DNA from: Thermodesulfobacteriota bacterium | GTDB taxonomy: Bacteria > Desulfobacterota_D > UBA1144 > Nemesobacterales > Mycalebacteriaceae | NCBI GenBank assembly: GCA_965205855.1 | Contig: OZ242184.1 | Span: 1,312,001-1,376,000 of the forward strand | Length of the DNA stretch: 64,000 bases | Direction of reading: 5' to 3' | In this document: in pieces, positions 29,860-40,116 of the stretch | How the letters are laid out: each line of letters starts with the position of its first letter | Numbering within the stretch: position 1 is the first letter of the stretch | The notes under the pieces: model-generated | The model's input: only the letters and a program-made list of their open reading frames with translations | The model's database searches: none | Told to the model about the DNA's origin: nothing | Made by a program: the position numbers and the translations under genes

Positions 29860-30137
29860 CTTTCATCGGTAAACTATGTATCAATAACGGTGACAACCAT
29901 AGCGACGTTTGCGCTCGGCGCAGTCTGGTATAACTGGGGCCCGGTTTGAAGTTTAAAACTATCAGAGATGCCTTCAAAACTGAGTTTCCTCATCGGAGCG
30001 GTGGTAAGAGCGGTAATAGTAAAACACCACTGGGGTGGGCTTCTGAAAATTGCAACCGCGATTGATGTGGGTTATTCGTATGTGAGCGTTTTGATTTTCT
30101 CACTGTTTGCGTGTTTGTGGGGCAAAGCCTCCACCTG
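29860..30137 (+). pseudogene. DUF1761-like membrane protein remnant
   Basis: VNYVSI...FALGAVWY, in-frame TGA at 29947-29949, then IDVGY...CLW; no clear start and shortened middle. Confidence 0.55.
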
Positions 30138-30154
30138 ATCCGCCGCAATACGAT

Positions 30155-30349
30155 ATGGTCGTTTTAAGTTTTATTATTTTTATGGCGCTTTTCCTCGGGA
30201 TAGGTCTGTTTGTGTACCTGCGCTCAAAAAACAGCGATAACGACTACTTGCTTGCGGACAGGTAGATGCCGCCTTCCCTTACCGCTCTGCCGGCCGCCTC
30301 AACCAGCCACAGCGGTTTCCGGTTCACGACGATGATAGGTTTTGTCTAA
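30155..30349 (+). pseudogene. 5' remnant of a sodium:solute (PutP-like) symporter
   Basis: MVVLSF...GIGL...DYLLADR*MPPSLTAL...SG...MIGFV*; in-frame TAG at 30263, ends after 64 codons. Confidence 0.7.
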
Positions 30350-30557
30350 GGAGTTTATCCGAAAGTGCGCGAAATTTCGGAAGCCGGAGTTCAGGCACCT
30401 TTTCAGACCTCCTCGCACGCTGGACGGGCGAACGATATGCCCTATTTGCAAGAGAATTGGTGAAAACTTCTCTGAGCAAAAGAAACTGTACTACAGTTTG
30501 ACCTTGTTTATCCTATCCATCAATAAGCCACAATCTATGGATGGGAAATAAAAAAAC

Positions 30558-33314
30558 CTAACTACCGCAACACTTCTTAAACTTCTTCCCGCTCCCGCAC
30601 GGGCACGGGTCGTTTCTGCCAACTTTTTTCTCCACTCTGCGCACTGGAGTAGCGACCTGCGGAGCGGATGGAATAGCGGATTCTCCCATCCCGCCGGATG
30701 ACAACACCAAATCCTGCGGCTCCGGTATCTGGTCTTCAAGGGTCGGGATTTCCTCACTTGCCAGCTGGACACTGAAAAACTTGGAGCAAATCTCCTCTTC
30801 GTAGGTGTCAATCAGGGTTGAAAACATATCAAAACCATCGTTTTTATACTCGTAAAGCGGGTCTTTCTGAGCATAGCCACGAAGCCCTATTCCCTCTCTC
30901 AAGTGGTCCATTGCAAGCAGGTGGTCTTTCCACAGATAGTCAATGGTTTGAAGCATTATGAATTTTTTTATATCTATAATGTTTTCCGCGCCTATGTCGG
31001 CTTCTTTTTCCGCATAACGTTCCATCACCAGATATTCAAGATTGCTCGACGGCCGCTTTTCGCCGAAATTAAAAATGCTCTGCGCCTCTTTTATTACGGC
31101 TTCAGAGTCCTTTCCGGCGGCGGATATTTCCGCGGACAGGTCTTCGGAGAGTTTTTTCACTATTGAAAGAAAATTCTCTTTAAGCGCTTCGCCGCCTTCA
31201 AGAATTTCCCGGCGCATTTTGTAAACGACTTCTCTCTGAGTGTTCAGCACATCATCGTAATCAAGCAGGTGCTTTCTTATGTCAAAGTTGCGGCTTTCCA
31301 CCTTCTTCTGCGCGGACTCTATAACGCGGGTCATCATCCCGTGCTCCATCGGAACGCCCTCCTCCCAGCCGACCATATCCATGATTGAAGAAATCCTTTC
31401 GGACGCGAAAATCCTCATAAGCGGGTCTTCAAGCGATATGTAGAAACGCGAAGAACCGGGGTCTCCCTGACGCCCCGAACGGCCTCTGAGCTGGTTGTCT
31501 ATACGCCTTGACTCGTGCCTTTCCGAGCCGATTATGTGAAGTCCGCCGAGATCAACAACTTCTTTCCTTCCGGCTTCGGCGACCGTCTGGGCTTCGGCAA
31601 TGGATTTCTCCCGTTCGTCTTCCCCGCCGTTTTTCACCATATCTGCCGCGAGAAACTCCGGATTTCCGCCAAGCACAATGTCGGTGCCGCGTCCTGCCAT
31701 GTTGGTTGCAATCGTAACCGCGCCCTTCCTTCCCGCCTGCGCCACAATCTCCGCCTCTTTCGCGTGGTTTTTCGCATTCAGAACCTTATGCGCAATTTCG
31801 TGTTTGCTGAGATGTCCCGATATTTTCTCCGACTGCTCAATGGAAGTCGTCCCGACAAGAACAGGCCTGCCGAGCGCGTTCAACTCCCTGATTTCAGAGC
31901 ATATAGCCTCCGTTTTTTCACTATCGGTTTTATAGATCACATCGTCAGAATCGTCTCTCACCATATCCTTGTGTGTCGGAATGACCGTAACATTTAGTTT
32001 GTATATCTTTTGAAACTCAAACGCCTCGGTATCTGCGGTTCCGGTCATCCCCGCAAGTTTGTCATACATCCTGAAATAGTTCTGAAGCGTTATTGTCGCA
32101 AGCGTCTGATTCTCCTGCTCTATGTCCGCATTCTCTTTCGCCTCAACCGCCTGATGAAGCCCGTCGCTCCATCTTCTTCCTTCCATAAGCCGCCCCGTGA
32201 ACTCGTCAACTATCACCACCTTGCCATCCCGCACCATGTAGTCTACATCCCTGTGGAACAGATGCCGAGCCCGGATAGACTGATTGACGCAGTGCAGCAT
32301 CTCAAGGTTGGCGGGGTCGTAAAGGTTTGTTATCCCGAACGCGGACTCCACCTTTGAAATCCCGCTTTCGTATAACTCTGTCCTGCGGTTTTTTTCATCA
32401 ACGGAGAAGTCCTTTCCTTTCTCAAGCGGCTCCACAATGCGGTCTGTTTTATGGTAGATATTCGTTGAGCCGCCCGACGGCCCCGAAATGATAAGCGGCG
32501 TGCGCGCCTCGTCTATGAGAATGCTGTCAACCTCGTCAACAATGGCGAAAAAATGCTCCCTCTGAACATATTCCTCAAGGGAAAACCCCATGTTGTCCCG
32601 TAGATAGTCAAAGCCGAACTCGTTGTTTGTTCCGTAGGTAATATCACAGGCATACGCCTCTTTTCTTGAACACGGGACAAGTTTCCCTTTGAAAGCCGCC
32701 GCGGCTTCGGGATTTTTCCCGCTTGAGACACCCGTCTCATCTCCGACCCAGACCGACAGGTTTTCACTCAAAGCCCGCGCTGCGTTTTCGGGGTTTTCCC
32801 ACTCAACGCGGTAGGATTCCCGTGCGTTTATGACCCCGACCGCAAGACCCAGCATTTTATATGCGGGACCCATCCACAGGGCGTCTCTCCCGGCAAGGTA
32901 GTCATTGACCGTAACAAGGTGCGCTCCTTTTCCCGCAATGGCGTTCAGATACAAAGCGGGGACAGCGACAAGGGTTTTTCCCTCGCCCGTTTTCATCTCC
33001 GCGACCTCGCCTCTGTGAAGAACAAGTGCGCCGATAATCTGCACATCAAAGTGTCTCATTCCGAGAGCGCGTCGGGCCGCCTCGCGCACAAGGGCAAATG
33101 CTTCGGCAACAACGGAATCAAAGGTCTTTTTCAGGTCCGCGTCCGGGTCCTCAAACCGCGCCCGCAACTCCGCCGTTTTTTCCGCAAATTGCGCGTTTGA
33201 AAGAGCGGAGACCTCCGCCTCAAGAGCGTTCACGCTCTCCACAACGGAATACATCTTCCGCACCCGTCTGTCGTTCTGGGTTCCGACTATTTTTTTGAAG
33301 AATTTGCCAAACAC
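30558..33314 (-). CDS. secA: Preprotein translocase ATPase SecA
   Basis: MKTGEGKT, VDEVDS, ATNMAGRGTDI, QLRGRSGRQGD, GRNDPCPCGSGKK. Confidence 0.98.
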   Translation of the reverse strand: MFGKFFKKIVGTQNDRRVRKMYSVVESVNALEAEVSALSNAQFAEKTAELRARFEDPDADLKKTFDSVVAEAFALVREAARRALGMRHFDVQIIGALVLHRGEVAEMKTGEGKTLVAVPALYLNAIAGKGAHLVTVNDYLAGRDALWMGPAYKMLGLAVGVINARESYRVEWENPENAARALSENLSVWVGDETGVSSGKNPEAAAAFKGKLVPCSRKEAYACDITYGTNNEFGFDYLRDNMGFSLEEYVQREHFFAIVDEVDSILIDEARTPLIISGPSGGSTNIYHKTDRIVEPLEKGKDFSVDEKNRRTELYESGISKVESAFGITNLYDPANLEMLHCVNQSIRARHLFHRDVDYMVRDGKVVIVDEFTGRLMEGRRWSDGLHQAVEAKENADIEQENQTLATITLQNYFRMYDKLAGMTGTADTEAFEFQKIYKLNVTVIPTHKDMVRDDSDDVIYKTDSEKTEAICSEIRELNALGRPVLVGTTSIEQSEKISGHLSKHEIAHKVLNAKNHAKEAEIVAQAGRKGAVTIATNMAGRGTDIVLGGNPEFLAADMVKNGGEDEREKSIAEAQTVAEAGRKEVVDLGGLHIIGSERHESRRIDNQLRGRSGRQGDPGSSRFYISLEDPLMRIFASERISSIMDMVGWEEGVPMEHGMMTRVIESAQKKVESRNFDIRKHLLDYDDVLNTQREVVYKMRREILEGGEALKENFLSIVKKLSEDLSAEISAAGKDSEAVIKEAQSIFNFGEKRPSSNLEYLVMERYAEKEADIGAENIIDIKKFIMLQTIDYLWKDHLLAMDHLREGIGLRGYAQKDPLYEYKNDGFDMFSTLIDTYEEEICSKFFSVQLASEEIPTLEDQIPEPQDLVLSSGGMGESAIPSAPQVATPVRRVEKKVGRNDPCPCGSGKKFKKCCGS

Positions 33315-33323
33315 TGGGGTATT

Positions 33324-33332
33324 AGTTTATCA
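33324..33332 (-). promoter_or_regulatory. Extended -10 (TGaTAAACT) 9 nt before the secA GTG
   Basis: Motif match; no SD before GTG. Confidence 0.5.
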
Positions 33333-33431
33333 CATTCGTTTAGGTCATTTCCGCGTGAAAGCGTTATTGAAACTGTCCAAGTAACCGGACTCTTGAAAAC
33401 ACACTGGCAACTTTACGGTTAAAGTTTTAAG

Positions 33432-35420
33432 ATGGAGAGAGCGTATTATTCAAATGGTATTTCCGAATTTATTGAAGAGAGCAAAGACTCCATTATCGGC
33501 AAACTTGCCCAGGGCGGCACATTCGACATAACTCAGCCCCAACGCAAAGCATGGAGCGAGGAGATAGACATTGTAAAAAACACGGTAAGGCATTATTACG
33601 GTAACGGAAAAGTCTATTTTGAGTATGAAATTCCAAGACTTGGCGGACGAATTGATGTCCTTGTTTTGATTCGCGGCGTTATTTTTGTAATTGAGTTTAA
33701 GGTAGGGGCAAGTGAGTTTTCAAACTCGGCGATTAACCAAGTGTGCGACTACTCTTTAGACCTCAAAAACTTTCATAAAACAAGCCATGGGGCAATGGTT
33801 GCACCAATTTTGGTTGCAACAGAGGCAAAAAGCACAATATGTTCCACAAGCAAAAAAGTGCACGAAGACAAACTTCTGTACACGACACTTACAAACGCGG
33901 AAAATCTTCCCGATGTCATAGCCGAAACTTTGAAATTTGCGGATAATGAGCAAAAAATAGACTCCAATCTTTGGGAAGTCGGTCGTTACAGCCCAACACC
34001 CACTATTATTGAAGCAGCAACGGCGCTTTATAGAGGACATTCGGTTGAGGAGATTTCCCGTAGCGAGAGCGGAGAGAACTTGACCAGAACATCCAAAACG
34101 ATTGCAAACATAATTGAGTTAGCAAGGAACAATTCGCATAAATCCATCTGCTTTGTTACGGGCGTGCCAGGGGCTGGCAAAACCCTTGTCGGACTTGATA
34201 TTGCAACAAAATACATAGACAAAGAAAGCGATCTTTACAGTGTTTTTCTATCGGGAAACGGGCCTTTGGTAAAAATACTGCGCGAGGCTCTGGCACAAGA
34301 TAAGGTGAGGCACCAAAAAGAAATCGGCAATTCCAAAAGCACACTTGGTAAAGCTCGTACCCAGGTTAAAACCTTCATACAAAATGTGCATAACTTCCGC
34401 GATGAATACATAAAAGACCAAGAAGCACCTCTTGAGCATGTGGCAATTTTTGACGAAGCCCAACGCGCATGGAATTTGCAACAAACCTCAAATTTTATGA
34501 AGCGCAGAAAAAACATTGACAATTTTGACTTTTCAGAACCGGAGTTTTTAATTTCGTGTCTGGACAGACACACAGATTGGGCGACTATTATCTGCTTGGT
34601 CGGGGGAGGACAGGAAATTAACACAGGAGAGTCGGGAATAAGCGAATGGATTGCGGCCATCTGTAATAAATTTCCAGAATGGCATATCTATATTTCCCCC
34701 CATTTGAAAGACGGCGAATATAAAGTCGCCCACCAACTTTTAAATTTGAAAGACAAAGTGAGTGTGGAGAAAAAAGACGAGTTGCATTTATCCGTATCTA
34801 TGAGGTCTTTTCGCGCTGAAAATGTCTCATCACTTGTCGGGCAACTGCTGGATTTGGAAACAGACTGCGCAAAGCAAACACTTGCCGAAATAAGCCCTCA
34901 TCAGTATCCAATTTTTCTGACGCGCGATCTGAATACCGCAAAAAATTGGCTTCGCGGCAAGGCGCGCGGCTCCGAACGTTATGGAATTATGGTTTCTTCA
35001 CGCGCGGCAAGGCTGAAACCTTACGCCGTTGATATCAGACCCAAAGTTGACCCGATTCACTGGTTCCTTAAGTCCAAAGAAGATGTCCGTTCTTCCTATT
35101 ATCTTGAGGATGTTGTAACCGAGTTTGATACTCAGGGCTTGGAAATAGATTGGACTTGTGTAGCTTGGGATGCCGATTTTCGTTATACGCCACAAGGGTG
35201 GGAAAATTGGTCGTTTAAAAAGGGGAAATGCTGGAACCGTGTAAGCAAACCCGAACTGCAAAATTACCAAAAAAACGCATACCGTGTTCTTCTCACACGT
35301 GCACGACAAGGGATGGTAATAGTTGTCCCCGAAGGCAGTTCCGAAGACCCGACACGCGACAAATCTTACTATAACCCCACATTTAATTACCTTCGGGAAA
35401 TCGGCTTCAAGGTTATTTAG
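33432..35420 (+). CDS. DUF2075 (Schlafen group-3-like) SF1 helicase with N-terminal PD-(D/E)XK nuclease
   Basis: RIDV...VIEFK...QVCDY; GVPGAGKT; IFDEAQR; SMRSFR; QGLEID; [11 protein letters not shown]. Confidence 0.88.
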   Translation: MERAYYSNGISEFIEESKDSIIGKLAQGGTFDITQPQRKAWSEEIDIVKNTVRHYYGNGKVYFEYEIPRLGGRIDVLVLIRGVIFVIEFKVGASEFSNSAINQVCDYSLDLKNFHKTSHGAMVAPILVATEAKSTICSTSKKVHEDKLLYTTLTNAENLPDVIAETLKFADNEQKIDSNLWEVGRYSPTPTIIEAATALYRGHSVEEISRSESGENLTRTSKTIANIIELARNNSHKSICFVTGVPGAGKTLVGLDIATKYIDKESDLYSVFLSGNGPLVKILREALAQDKVRHQKEIGNSKSTLGKARTQVKTFIQNVHNFRDEYIKDQEAPLEHVAIFDEAQRAWNLQQTSNFMKRRKNIDNFDFSEPEFLISCLDRHTDWATIICLVGGGQEINTGESGISEWIAAICNKFPEWHIYISPHLKDGEYKVAHQLLNLKDKVSVEKKDELHLSVSMRSFRAENVSSLVGQLLDLETDCAKQTLAEISPHQYPIFLTRDLNTAKNWLRGKARGSERYGIMVSSRAARLKPYAVDIRPKVDPIHWFLKSKEDVRSSYYLEDVVTEFDTQGLEIDWTCVAWDADFRYTPQGWENWSFKKGKCWNRVSKPELQNYQKNAYRVLLTRARQGMVIVVPEGSSEDPTRDKSYYNPTFNYLREIGFKVI

Positions 35421-35443
35421 TTTTACCCGGCTATTATCCAGAT

Positions 35444-35475
35444 AACCGGAAATCCATAAATATGGATTTCCGGTT
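35444..35475. terminator. Perfect 15-bp inverted repeat, probable bidirectional terminator
   Basis: AACCGGAAATCCATA-aa-TATGGATTTCCGGTT between convergent genes. Confidence 0.7.
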
Positions 35476-35500
35476 TTGAGACAATAGCTGAAAGTAAAAA

Positions 35501-38500
35501 TTATACCGCTTCAGCCAAATCAACCGACACAACCGCAGAATTGGACGCCTTACTCGCAGTTATCCCTATAAGCGCATCCACATCGGCGATTGTTGTTTTA
35601 TTATGCGTAACCACAAGCGCCTGAGAACCGCGGGAGATTTCTCTTAGAAGAGCCGCAAACCTTCCCGTGTTTGAATCATCAAGCGGGGCATCTATCTCGT
35701 CAAGAATCAGGAACGGAAGCGGGCGCACAAGACACGAGGAAATTATGAACGCTATCGCGCTGAGTGCCTTTTCGCCGCCGGAGAGCAAACTCATGCTCTG
35801 GAATTTTTTGCCGCCGGGTTTTACAACAATGTCCACCCCCGTTTCAATTGGGTCATCGGGGTCGGTCATAACAAGTTTTCCCTCCCCTCCCTTGAAAAGG
35901 GTCGGAAGCAGCTCGCGGAATTTCATGTCCATCTCCTCAAACGCGTCCGCGAATTTCCTGGCGGACTCACGGTCAATCTGGGCGATGGATTTTCTTAAAG
36001 ACGAGACATTTTTCTCAAGATCTTCAATCTGGGTTTCCAGAAAATCATGCTGCTTGCTCACTTCCTCATATTCTTCGGGCGCGAGAAGGTTCACAAGACC
36101 GAATTTGTCAATTTTTTCCCTTAAATTCAGAAACTCATTTTTTGTATCTTCAAAACCCGCCACTTTTATCTCTTCCTCTCCGGGCGGCTCCACACCGCTT
36201 TTTTCGGTAATTTCCCCCATTTTCACAGACAGGTATTCCATGTTATTTTCCATTGTTCTTAAATTTATCTGAATATCGCTACGCTTTGCTCTCAATTCTT
36301 CAACGCGCTTGTCGAGCCCTCCAATGCCTTCGCGTAAACCCCGCATGTCCGAGAGAACGCGCGCGCGGTTTTCCCTGATTTGCTCAACACTCTCCCGTTT
36401 TTTCTCAAGCTCCCCGGTAAGCGCCTCTATGCTCTGCCGTGCCTCTTCGGAAGATGTCTGCATTCTGGCCTTTTCATCGGTTTTGTTTTGTATTTCGGAC
36501 GATACGCGCCCGATGCGGTCGGCAATATCTTTTTCTCTCAGGAGAAAACCCTCAACTGCACTTAACGCATTTTTCCGGCTCTGCTCAAGGGAGGAGAGTT
36601 TTATCTTCAGGTTGCCAAGGTTTTCCGCAAGTGCGCTTTCGCGTTTCTCAATCTCGGAGTTTTTCTGCTCAAACCCGGAAAGCCGGTTTTTCAGCGTTTG
36701 CCTTTTTTCGCGGAGTCCCTCAAGTTTTTTGCGGCACTCGTTGAGCCGCGCGGTTTTCGCCTCAAACTCCTCGTCCGCCTCCGCCCCGGAAGACTCCAGT
36801 TCCGTAAGCTGTGCCTCTTTGCCCTCAAGAGAGAAGTTGAACCCCTTAAGGTCTCTTTCAATCGCGCCGAGTTTCACCCTGTCGGTCTGTATGCGTTCTT
36901 CCAGAACGCTCATTTTGGATTTAAAATCCTCCATGCGCACCTCGAAGCTACCCGATTTTTCAAGGGCAGATTTTATCTTTTTGTCAAGCGCGGCAACCTC
37001 CGCCGCGAGCCGGTCAATCTCAGACTTTCTCTGAAAAACCCCGCCCGTGGTCCAGCCGCCCGTAACGGCCCCCGAACTGTCAAGAAAATCACCTCCCAAC
37101 GTGGCGAACGAAAGCCCGGGCGAAGCCGCCGCGCACTTGAAAGCGTCCGAAAGGGTGTCAACAACGCATATCCCGTCAAGGAGTTTGCGCATGGAATCCC
37201 CGCCCTCACCGCGCAGACTCACCACTTCGGAAATCGGACGCGCGCCCGCGGGAGCGGAAGGGCTTTCGGTGCTTGAGGCGGAATCAACCGGCAGAAAGGT
37301 CGCCCTTCCCTCCGCGCTTCTACGCAGGCGGTCAATCGCCCGTGAAGCGTCCTTTCCCGTGCCTACGACTATCCAGCTGAGCCGCTCGCCGAGAGCCGCC
37401 TCAAACGCTTTGGCGTATTCAGGCGGAACATCGGCGTAATCGGACAAAACGCCGAGCACTCCCACGCCTTTGCCTTCAAGAAGTATCCGCCGGGACGATT
37501 CGGGGAGCCATTCAAAAGATTTCTGTATGTTGCCAAGCTCCTCAAGGCGCGAAACGCTCCGGCTTCTGAGCTCTTTGAGCGAGTTGATGTCGGCGAGCAA
37601 CGCTTTGTGCTCCTCGCCGAAAGAAACGGTGTCCTCTTCAATGGTCTTTTTCTGTTTGCCGGACTCTTCCTGAGCGTTTTTGAGCCGCTCAAGCTGCGAG
37701 GCAAACTCCGCGCGCTGCGATGACAGGCTCCGTTTTTCCTCCGTAAGCGCGTCTTTCTGCTCGGACAGATAGCTCCTTCTCACGGAAACTCTCTCAACCT
37801 CTCCGGTAAGCTTCCTGTATGTAATCTCGGTTGAATCGCACTGTTCAACGGCGCCGAAAAAACTGTTCTTGAACTCTTCAAGGCCCTCTCTGTCAACACG
37901 CGTGCCAGATTTGAAAGACTCAAGCTCCCCACCGGCAATGCCGACTTCGGAGCGCAGCCCGGAGATTTTCCCGTCAGAGCCTTCCGCTTTCGACCGCGCC
38001 TCGGCGATCTTTTCCTTTATGTCCCGCGCCTGCCGCTCAAGGGAAAGTTTTTCACTTTCAAGCCCGGCAATAAGCCCCTCAATGTCGTCTTTTCTTCCCG
38101 CGAAAATCTCTTTTGAGGAAACCTCGCCGTTGATTTTCTCCCTTGCGGCAAGTATGTCGGAGTCGGCGGACGAAATTGCCGTTTCAAGACTTTGCGCCTC
38201 GTCTTCAAGATTTCTCAGCCGTGTCGCCATACCGTTTTTTTCCGTATCAATCTCTCTTGCGGAAATATCAATCGCGGATATTTTCTGTTTCGCCTCGCTC
38301 AGTTTCCTGTCGCTTTTCGCCTTTTGCGCTCCGAGCATCAGCAACTCAAGCCGCGCCGCATGCCCGGTAAGCTCGTTAAGTTTCTCCGCCTGTTGTGCCT
38401 GCCGCCGGAGTTTTTCCCTGCGACTGCGGGCTTCGCCACTCATCTCTCTGATCCTGTAAAGATTCTCTTCGGTCTGTTTGAGCCTTCCGACCGTTTCCTT

Positions 38501-39013
38501 TTTCCTCGCTTTGTATCTCACGATTCCGGCGACTTCCTCTATAAGTCTGCGCTTGTCTTCGGGCTTCGCCATTATGAAACTCTCCACCTCGCCTTGACCT
38601 ACAATCGAGTGGGAGCGCGCGCCCGCGCCGGTGTCCATGAAGATGTCAACAATATCTTTGAGCCTGCACGCGACGCCGTTGATTGAGTATTCGCTTTCGC
38701 CGTCCCGGTAGTATCTGCGCGTTATTGAAATATCGCCAAAGCCGTGTCTCGGCACATCGGACAGTACAAGCTTAACCTCCGCCATGCCAACCGGCTTCAG
38801 AGATACCGTTCCGTCCGAAATCAGGTCCTCCATGCAACCCGCGCGTAGCATCCTGGGATTCTGCTCGCCTATAACCCAGCGCACGGCGTCTATGACATTG
38901 GATTTGCCACAACCGTTGGGACCGACTATGCCGTTCAAACCCGAATTAAACTCTATCCTTGTTTTTCTGTGGAACGACTTGAACCCCGAAAGTTCAAGTG
39001 AGGATATTCTCAA
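35501..39013 (-). CDS. smc: Chromosome segregation protein SMC
   Basis: GFKSF, GPNGCGKSN, hinge GRATFLP, LSGGE, LDEIDAPLD. Confidence 0.97.
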   Translation of the reverse strand: MRISSLELSGFKSFHRKTRIEFNSGLNGIVGPNGCGKSNVIDAVRWVIGEQNPRMLRAGCMEDLISDGTVSLKPVGMAEVKLVLSDVPRHGFGDISITRRYYRDGESEYSINGVACRLKDIVDIFMDTGAGARSHSIVGQGEVESFIMAKPEDKRRLIEEVAGIVRYKARKKETVGRLKQTEENLYRIREMSGEARSRREKLRRQAQQAEKLNELTGHAARLELLMLGAQKAKSDRKLSEAKQKISAIDISAREIDTEKNGMATRLRNLEDEAQSLETAISSADSDILAAREKINGEVSSKEIFAGRKDDIEGLIAGLESEKLSLERQARDIKEKIAEARSKAEGSDGKISGLRSEVGIAGGELESFKSGTRVDREGLEEFKNSFFGAVEQCDSTEITYRKLTGEVERVSVRRSYLSEQKDALTEEKRSLSSQRAEFASQLERLKNAQEESGKQKKTIEEDTVSFGEEHKALLADINSLKELRSRSVSRLEELGNIQKSFEWLPESSRRILLEGKGVGVLGVLSDYADVPPEYAKAFEAALGERLSWIVVGTGKDASRAIDRLRRSAEGRATFLPVDSASSTESPSAPAGARPISEVVSLRGEGGDSMRKLLDGICVVDTLSDAFKCAAASPGLSFATLGGDFLDSSGAVTGGWTTGGVFQRKSEIDRLAAEVAALDKKIKSALEKSGSFEVRMEDFKSKMSVLEERIQTDRVKLGAIERDLKGFNFSLEGKEAQLTELESSGAEADEEFEAKTARLNECRKKLEGLREKRQTLKNRLSGFEQKNSEIEKRESALAENLGNLKIKLSSLEQSRKNALSAVEGFLLREKDIADRIGRVSSEIQNKTDEKARMQTSSEEARQSIEALTGELEKKRESVEQIRENRARVLSDMRGLREGIGGLDKRVEELRAKRSDIQINLRTMENNMEYLSVKMGEITEKSGVEPPGEEEIKVAGFEDTKNEFLNLREKIDKFGLVNLLAPEEYEEVSKQHDFLETQIEDLEKNVSSLRKSIAQIDRESARKFADAFEEMDMKFRELLPTLFKGGEGKLVMTDPDDPIETGVDIVVKPGGKKFQSMSLLSGGEKALSAIAFIISSCLVRPLPFLILDEIDAPLDDSNTGRFAALLREISRGSQALVVTHNKTTIADVDALIGITASKASNSAVVSVDLAEAV

Positions 39014-39041
39014 CTTTTCCGCCCCTGCAAATCAGTTTCAA

Positions 39042-40022
39042 TCATCTGAGAATCTCTCCGCTTGTCTCCACATCGGCGCGCAGGTAAAGGTTGTTGACCC
39101 AGTTTCTGAGAATCTCATCCTGCGTTTTGTCCGCACCACTCATCGCTATCTGAACCTTCTTCGTCAAAGCTGCGGAATCCGCCTTTTTTCTTCCGGAAAC
39201 AACGGCGAGGCTGTAAACGCCGCCGTCCGGGGAAACGGCTATCGCCGCGCCGCGGCTTTGCAGCGGGAAAGTGAACAGCTTCGTGCCCGCAGACTCGACC
39301 GGATCGGGAATTTCAAAAGGAGTGAAAAACTGGGTTTGTTGCGGCTGTTTTGAGAATTTTTCCGCAACCGCATCTATGTCTCCCAATGCGAGAAACTCCT
39401 CAAACGCTTCCTGCGCTTCGGAAAAACTGTCAAAAGGTATGTAATCAACCTTGATTTTGGCACCTGTGAGATTGAAAAGATTTGACAGCTCCGGCTCGGA
39501 CAAACGCGAAGACACACGTGAAAGGGCAACCATCTTCAAGACAAGCCCCTCGTCCCGTATGGAATTTTCAAACTGGGAAACTGTCAGTCCCATCACGCGG
39601 CGGACAACCCGTCTGTAGTACTCCGTGCCCGCAAACTCGCCATCGGGACGAAAAGCCGAGTTGCCTGTAATCGCTTTTCCTACTTCCTCGTCCGGAAACC
39701 TCAAGCCAAGAGAAAAGGCCTCCTGAGCAAGCAGTTTGCGTTCAATAAGGAAACTGAGCGCGGCTCTGTCTATCGCGTCCTGAAGCTCAACGGGAACCCT
39801 GTCCAGATTTTCCGTCTGCGCACGATGGATTTGTCTTCTGACAAACTGGTAGTAAGAAAGCGGAACGGAGTCGCCATTAATCTCCGCGGCAACGCCGGTT
39901 GCGAGACTGCTCCACGGCAGCCCGCCCGTATAGCCCAGACCGACAATGAAAGTAAGAGCGAGAAAAATTACCACCGCTCTCACAAACCAGGAATTTAACT
40001 TTTCTTTCAGGCCCGTGCTCAT
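39042..40022 (-). CDS. PpiD/SurA N-terminal domain periplasmic chaperone
   Basis: N-terminal TM helix, AAEING, LIERKLLAQEA-LGL; reduced PPIase region. Confidence 0.75.
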   Translation of the reverse strand: MSTGLKEKLNSWFVRAVVIFLALTFIVGLGYTGGLPWSSLATGVAAEINGDSVPLSYYQFVRRQIHRAQTENLDRVPVELQDAIDRAALSFLIERKLLAQEAFSLGLRFPDEEVGKAITGNSAFRPDGEFAGTEYYRRVVRRVMGLTVSQFENSIRDEGLVLKMVALSRVSSRLSEPELSNLFNLTGAKIKVDYIPFDSFSEAQEAFEEFLALGDIDAVAEKFSKQPQQTQFFTPFEIPDPVESAGTKLFTFPLQSRGAAIAVSPDGGVYSLAVVSGRKKADSAALTKKVQIAMSGADKTQDEILRNWVNNLYLRADVETSGEILR

Positions 40023-40116
40023 ATCAATGCGCCAAGCCCAACCTCGCCTTTATTTTACACTGAAAAGAGCGCGAAAGTCCAAAAAATCCAGACCTTTTTT
40101 CGTATATGCTGTTGCA

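Noticed and set aside
29947-30265. Selenocysteine (TGA 29947) or pyrrolysine (TAG 30263) recoding
   Set aside because: Both genes are also truncated or internally deleted membrane-protein remnants; no SECIS seen
30342-30551. 69-aa ORF with CPIC
   Set aside because: Single CxxC, no SD, overlaps pseudogene debris and hairpins
35667-39353. Series of long plus-strand ORFs opposite smc
   Set aside because: Antisense shadows of a coiled-coil gene, Ser/Phe-rich with no motifs
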